The notes beneath the pieces were generated by a model. The model was given only the letters and a program-made list of their open reading frames with translations, had not been told where the DNA came from and did no database searches. From Cyanobacteria bacterium J06626_4 (GTDB taxonomy: Bacteria; Cyanobacteriota; Cyanobacteriia; Phormidesmidales; Phormidesmidaceae): 64,000 bases of DNA. Positions 59,389 to 64,000 of this stretch are shown here, piece after piece (position 1 is the first letter of the stretch; each line of letters begins with the position of its first letter). A program made the translations under genes and the position numbers. Location of the stretch: positions 70,749 to 134,748 of the forward strand of contig JBCBJQ010000005.1 of the NCBI GenBank assembly GCA_038523235.1, in the 5' to 3' direction.

Positions 59389-60810
59389 CTAATCCAAATC
59401 CAGTTCCATCAGGGTGGCGATTGCTTTACCAGATTCAGTCTTGAACTGCTGCACATTAATTCGCGTCAGCAGCGCAAAGGCTAGCACCATGCCAATCGCC
59501 TGCACCGCAAACACTAGCGCAAAGGCAAAGAAGGTCTGATTGAATATCTGGCGGCCCAGATCGAGCAGCGCTCCACCGAGAACGGTCGCACTGGCTTGAG
59601 CCATCGCTTGGGCCAATCCCCACGCCCCGATAAAAGTACCCGCAGTTTCAGCAGCGGTGAAATCTAACATTAAACTCACCGCGCTGTTGGTCAAAATGCC
59701 CGAGGCTAGGCCAAACAGCATCACCGCGCTGCGGAGCGTGGTGGGGTTCGCGGTAATGCCCGCAAGAATCACCAACACAAAACACACGGAAGAAAACAAG
59801 CAACCGATCATCGCTGTCCGCTGTTTCCCCAGGCGCGGCACAATGAGGAATCCGGCCAAGCCGATGCCCGCCAAAATACCGTAGCCCCAAAACTGATTCA
59901 GGCCAGCACTTTCGCCAATGCTGAGCCCAAACACTTCCCGTGCGTAGGGTTCCAACACCGGTTGCTGGAGAAACAGGCTGACGGTCATCACTAGCAAGAA
60001 GACGAAGAACACCCCGGTCTGTTTAGAAGCGGTCAGCACCGAGAGCGCTTGTCGTAAAGTGATTTGGTCTTCGCGGCCCGCTAAGGAAGAACGGCTGGCG
60101 TAACGGGAATATTTTTTTTCAATACCAACGGTAGCAAGCATGCCCAACCCGACGACCGAGACGGGAAACAGAATGAACAGGCGCGTAATGGCAGCCTGGA
60201 GTTCTTCAGCCGAGATGTTCTCTAGCAGCACCTGACCGACGATCGCTCCAGCCACAATGCCCACCATCAACATGGCCCAGACAATACCGACCAGTTGTGA
60301 GCGGTTGTCCTCATCAGAGACATCCACCAACAGCGCCGCAAAGGGCGTCGAACTCACGGAAATGCACAGACCATAGAGGGCAAACATGCCCGCCAACAGG
60401 GCCAGCCACCCCCAGGTCACGGCAGTCCAGCCCTCAACGGCACTGGCCCCCAGCCGCCACACCACTTGAATCGCGATGAATAAGCAAATCGCCTGGAGCG
60501 CCATGCCCAGCCACACATATCCCGTGCGGTGATAGCCGCGAATCGGCTTGGAGTCGGAAATTTGACCGATCCAAACGCGAGCCGGAGCGACGAATTGATA
60601 CATGGCGATCGCCCCCGAGGCCAAAATCGCGGGAATCTGTAATTCCGAAATCAGAACCTGATTCAAAATGCCGAGGGTCAGCAACGACAGCAGCCCCAGA
60701 CCCATCTGAAACAGCCCTAGTCGAAACATTGTGAACAGATTGATCCGAGGCGGCAGGGTAGTCGACGACGGCAAATGGGATGAACGAGATAGATCGCTAG
60801 TAGCCATCAT
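59389..60810 (-). CDS. pucC: PucC/BCD family MFS transporter
   Basis: RLGLFQMGLG, GYHRTGY, LEPY, GTFIGAWGLAQA. Confidence 0.88.
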   Translation of the reverse strand: MMATSDLSRSSHLPSSTTLPPRINLFTMFRLGLFQMGLGLLSLLTLGILNQVLISELQIPAILASGAIAMYQFVAPARVWIGQISDSKPIRGYHRTGYVWLGMALQAICLFIAIQVVWRLGASAVEGWTAVTWGWLALLAGMFALYGLCISVSSTPFAALLVDVSDEDNRSQLVGIVWAMLMVGIVAGAIVGQVLLENISAEELQAAITRLFILFPVSVVGLGMLATVGIEKKYSRYASRSSLAGREDQITLRQALSVLTASKQTGVFFVFLLVMTVSLFLQQPVLEPYAREVFGLSIGESAGLNQFWGYGILAGIGLAGFLIVPRLGKQRTAMIGCLFSSVCFVLVILAGITANPTTLRSAVMLFGLASGILTNSAVSLMLDFTAAETAGTFIGAWGLAQAMAQASATVLGGALLDLGRQIFNQTFFAFALVFAVQAIGMVLAFALLTRINVQQFKTESGKAIATLMELDLD

Positions 60811-60914
60811 TGGTCAGGGGGTGAAGGACGCTCAAACCAAAGTTGTCGAGGTCATGCCCTAAGCTATGCCTCGACAGTTAACAGCATAGGACGTGTTTTG
60901 CTCAGCTGACCTGT

Positions 60915-61610
60915 TTAAGCCGGTACCTGATTGAGCACCGTCATCACTGCGACCGCTGTGGGAGCCGATGACGGGGGATTTTGTCCGGTCACCAAATTGC
61001 CATCAGTAACAACGTGGGGTTGAAAAGCGTCGGTTTGGCTAAAATCGCTGCCCAGTTCCCGTAGGCGGGTTTCCAACGCAAAGGGCACGACCTGATCAAG
61101 CTCCACCGCTTTCTCTTCTTCATTGGTGAAAGCGGTGAGCTGTTTACCATGGAGAATCGAGTCGCCTTGAGGCGTTTTGGCATTGACGAAGGCGGCTGGC
61201 CCATGGCAAACGGCGCTGACTACTTTGCCCTGTGCATCAAACGCGGCAACGAGTTTGGCCACATCCTCGCTCGTGGCCAGATCCCACATGGGGCCGTGCC
61301 CACCGGGGAAGAAAATCGCCTCGGCATCATCAACGCTGACGTCCTTGAGCAAAACCGGATTAGCCAGCTTGGCCTGCGCCTCGGTATCATTTTCAAATCG
61401 TTGGGTGGCTTCGGTCTGATTCTCGGGCGCGCTGCTGCGCGGATCAATCGGTGGTTTTCCCGCTTTGGGAGCCGCAATGATCACCTCGGCATCGGCATCG
61501 AGAAAGGCATAGTAGGGAGCCGCAAATTCTTCTAGCCAAAAGCCGGTCTTTTCGCCCGTGTCACCCAGTTCACTATGGGAGGTCAGCACCATCAAAATTC
61601 GCATCCGCAT
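60915..61610 (-). CDS. DJ-1/PfpI (Hsp31-like) family protein
   Basis: TGFWLEE, PGGHGP, AVCHGP, TGQNP. Confidence 0.92.
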   Translation of the reverse strand: MRMRILMVLTSHSELGDTGEKTGFWLEEFAAPYYAFLDADAEVIIAAPKAGKPPIDPRSSAPENQTEATQRFENDTEAQAKLANPVLLKDVSVDDAEAIFFPGGHGPMWDLATSEDVAKLVAAFDAQGKVVSAVCHGPAAFVNAKTPQGDSILHGKQLTAFTNEEEKAVELDQVVPFALETRLRELGSDFSQTDAFQPHVVTDGNLVTGQNPPSSAPTAVAVMTVLNQVPA

Positions 61611-61745
61611 AAAAATCTCCTGAATCTATATCGTCTGGGCTGCGATCGCTCTTTATCCTAAACAGCGACTGGCCCGCTGTCTTCTGTCGGAGGTTGTCGT
61701 TGCCATCAAATTAGCCACGTTTGAAGCCAATGTTTCCTCTCCTGA

Positions 61746-62237
61746 TTATTGAGGGATGGCTTTCTTCAAGGCTCGCTTCTCAAAATATTGCTGGTGATCT
61801 TCAGAGGCGAGCCAGTAGGCACTGGCCGGTTCGATTGGCGTGACGATCGCCTTCTCATAGCGCCCTGATTGTTCTAGCTCAGCTTTAGACCGCTGCGCGA
61901 TCGCCCCCTGTTCCGACGTGTGGTAGAAGATGACCGAGCGATATTGCTCGCCGCGATCGGCTCCCTGACGATTCAGACTGGTGGGATCATGACACCGCCA
62001 AAAAGTTTCCAGCAGGGTTTCATAGCTAATTTGACGGGGATCGTATTCGACCTGTGCGACTTCTGCATGGCCCGTGATACGCGAGAGCACATCCAAATAG
62101 CAGGGATTCTCAAAATGGCCGCCCATGTACCCCACCGAAGTTTTAACGATCCCGGTTAGCCGACTAAAGGTGGCTTCTGTGCCCCAAAAGCAGCCCGCGC
62201 CAAACGTAGCAAGTTCTGTCAAAGGCTGAGTCACCAT
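61746..62237 (-). CDS. msrA: Peptide methionine sulfoxide reductase A
   Basis: GCFWG, GHAE, QYRS, EDHQQY. Confidence 0.95.
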   Translation of the reverse strand: MVTQPLTELATFGAGCFWGTEATFSRLTGIVKTSVGYMGGHFENPCYLDVLSRITGHAEVAQVEYDPRQISYETLLETFWRCHDPTSLNRQGADRGEQYRSVIFYHTSEQGAIAQRSKAELEQSGRYEKAIVTPIEPASAYWLASEDHQQYFEKRALKKAIPQ

Positions 62238-62556
62238 TCACGGAAGAGGAAGTTTCTAGCTTTATTGTGACGCAGCGATGACCTTGGTCAGGCAAACGGC
62301 AGCGATCCTGCCTGCTGATTACACAAGCTTATGGCCATGATGCGATGCGCTCACTGCCGGTCGATGACGGTTGGATGGTCACAGACAATTTCTAAAAATG
62401 CTCGTCTGTAGGATCACGTAGAAGTTCAGACAAGGGACGCTCAAGGCTTGCTATGGAAAGTTTTGAGCGCTTTGCAATCACGCCTCTAGTGGTTGTGACG
62501 GTTGCCCGACTTGTTGTCGTTACGGAATAAGTTTGTCACCCTTTGAAGTGGGCACT

Positions 62557-63762
62557 ATGGAACTGTCCAATGAGGCGGAAGCAATGACACGATCACTGCG
62601 AACTTGGGTGCAGCGTCAGCAGGGCAGATATTTACTGCGGCGTGGGTTAAACATGCAGCAAAAGAACCTTGACGCATCCATTCGGTTACTAACAGCAGCA
62701 TTAAACTCTCACCAAAATCCCACAGAAGTCTTGATTCGACGGGGATTAGCGTATTTTCAACAGGACACCCTGGAGCAAGCGCGGCTTGATTTTGATCAGG
62801 CGATCGCCCTGAGCCCAGACGATGCCCGTGCCTATGGTCATCGGGGTCTGCTCCGTTACCAACTGTCAGATGTGGAGGGCGCTTTAGCAGATTGGGAAAG
62901 CGCCTTGAATCTGAAACCGCATGATGCCACTATTCGCTATCACCGGGGTCTGGTGCTCGCTCAGCAAGAGCAGTATGCCAATGCATTAGCTGACTTTGAC
63001 ATCGCCCTAGCGCAAAACCCGCTGCTGGCTGAAGCCTATCTGCATCGGGGCAAAGTGCAGCAGCTATTGGGCAATTTGCCCGCCGCCATTCAAGATTGGG
63101 AACTGGCCCTGTGCAATGATTTGCGCCTTGATGAAGCCTACGACCTGCTGGCAGCAACCCGAGAACAGACCAACACCTTGTCTCTACAGGAACAGTTTGC
63201 GGATCTGCTCCCGGAAAATTTCTCGTTAAGCGCCGAACCGCAGGACAAGCTGCTGATTTTGACCTTGCATCGCCCAGTGGGGGCACCAGTCAATTATTTC
63301 AAGCTGCCCAATACGTTGCGCGATCGCCTCGTTGAGCTACAGCTACCGACTGTGAGACGTTTTCGCTTAATTGCGAAAGCCGGTGACTCTTCTCTCTCAG
63401 AATGGGATCACACTTACAACATTTATGACAAAGCGCCTTGCCCACCGGCTCACTGGCGAGATGCCGTTGCCACGACGCTGCTGCTGTTTCCCCCATTTGG
63501 GGTCGTGGCTTTGGTATTAGCGGCCCAAGTTAAACCAGCTTACCGGCGCGGCGACTATCCCATTGCTGCTCGCACCTCTCAAGCGGTGCGCAAGCTCTGC
63601 CTCAGCAGCGGTGCCATTATGGGCATGATGCTGTTTGGTTTGGCCACCTATGGGGTTTATACCTATGTGGAAGGCGAATATCCCAACCCAGCAGCTAAAA
63701 CCGCGTTGATCGAAGCGACAGACCCTACAGACGAATCGCTGTCTGCAGACGAATCACTGTAA
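62557..63762 (+). CDS. TPR repeat protein with C-terminal CD225/dispanin domain
   Basis: About five TPRs; C-terminal FPPFGVVALVLAAQV...RRGDY..A...S..VRKL is the CD225 pattern. Confidence 0.8.
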   Translation: MELSNEAEAMTRSLRTWVQRQQGRYLLRRGLNMQQKNLDASIRLLTAALNSHQNPTEVLIRRGLAYFQQDTLEQARLDFDQAIALSPDDARAYGHRGLLRYQLSDVEGALADWESALNLKPHDATIRYHRGLVLAQQEQYANALADFDIALAQNPLLAEAYLHRGKVQQLLGNLPAAIQDWELALCNDLRLDEAYDLLAATREQTNTLSLQEQFADLLPENFSLSAEPQDKLLILTLHRPVGAPVNYFKLPNTLRDRLVELQLPTVRRFRLIAKAGDSSLSEWDHTYNIYDKAPCPPAHWRDAVATTLLLFPPFGVVALVLAAQVKPAYRRGDYPIAARTSQAVRKLCLSSGAIMGMMLFGLATYGVYTYVEGEYPNPAAKTALIEATDPTDESLSADESL

Positions 63763-64000
63763 TGCCCGCTGCGCTCTCGAGCTAGCAAGTCATCGCAGAA
63801 TCTCCTGCGGCAAGGGCAAAGCTCTACGACATGTCGAGGTCGGAAAAAGCCCGCCAGGTAGTGATTGCAGCTATCTGGGGTGGTCTAATCAAACGGCGGC
63901 TGGCGACAGGCTGTTGGATGCTTATAAGTAGCTCACCGCAAGTATCTGTCAGATAGGTGCTGCGGTTTGTGGAACACTGCCATGCCTGCGCCGCTGCGTG

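Noticed and set aside
1..64000. tRNA, rRNA or intact transposase genes
   Set aside because: None recognised by eye; tRNAscan-SE and ISfinder would be needed to exclude them formally.

Overview
Chromosomal window from a cyanobacterium: HIP1 octamers (GCGATCGC) are frequent, and rpaB, plsX-fabH, rbp-rpsU, pucC and cbiX are present. Most of it is ordinary housekeeping DNA. It also holds the 5' 5.1 kb of a giant DUF4347/cadherin-repeat surface protein that the ORF track misses, a URC1-URC4-upp uracil-catabolism cluster, a membrane NACHT NTPase with a 12-nt tandem repeat, and a cobalamin riboswitch before cbiX. The standout is an ~8.5 kb island (~40.5-49.1 kb) between a ComA-like PLD nuclease and PBP1A. 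It is a decayed integron that the ORF track does not reveal. It has two intI N-terminal pseudogene fragments (one split by a 122-bp MITE), several attC or half-attC sites, and minus-strand cassettes: TIR-PfkB kinase fusion, TPR/ATP-grasp + TauD, RidA and three orphans. Unusually, the attI-like region upstream of intI recurs three times inside the array. Each copy has the same core-plus-hairpin layout and has captured a different cassette at its GTT core. All coordinates and alignments were done by eye; product names come from motif recognition, not database searches.
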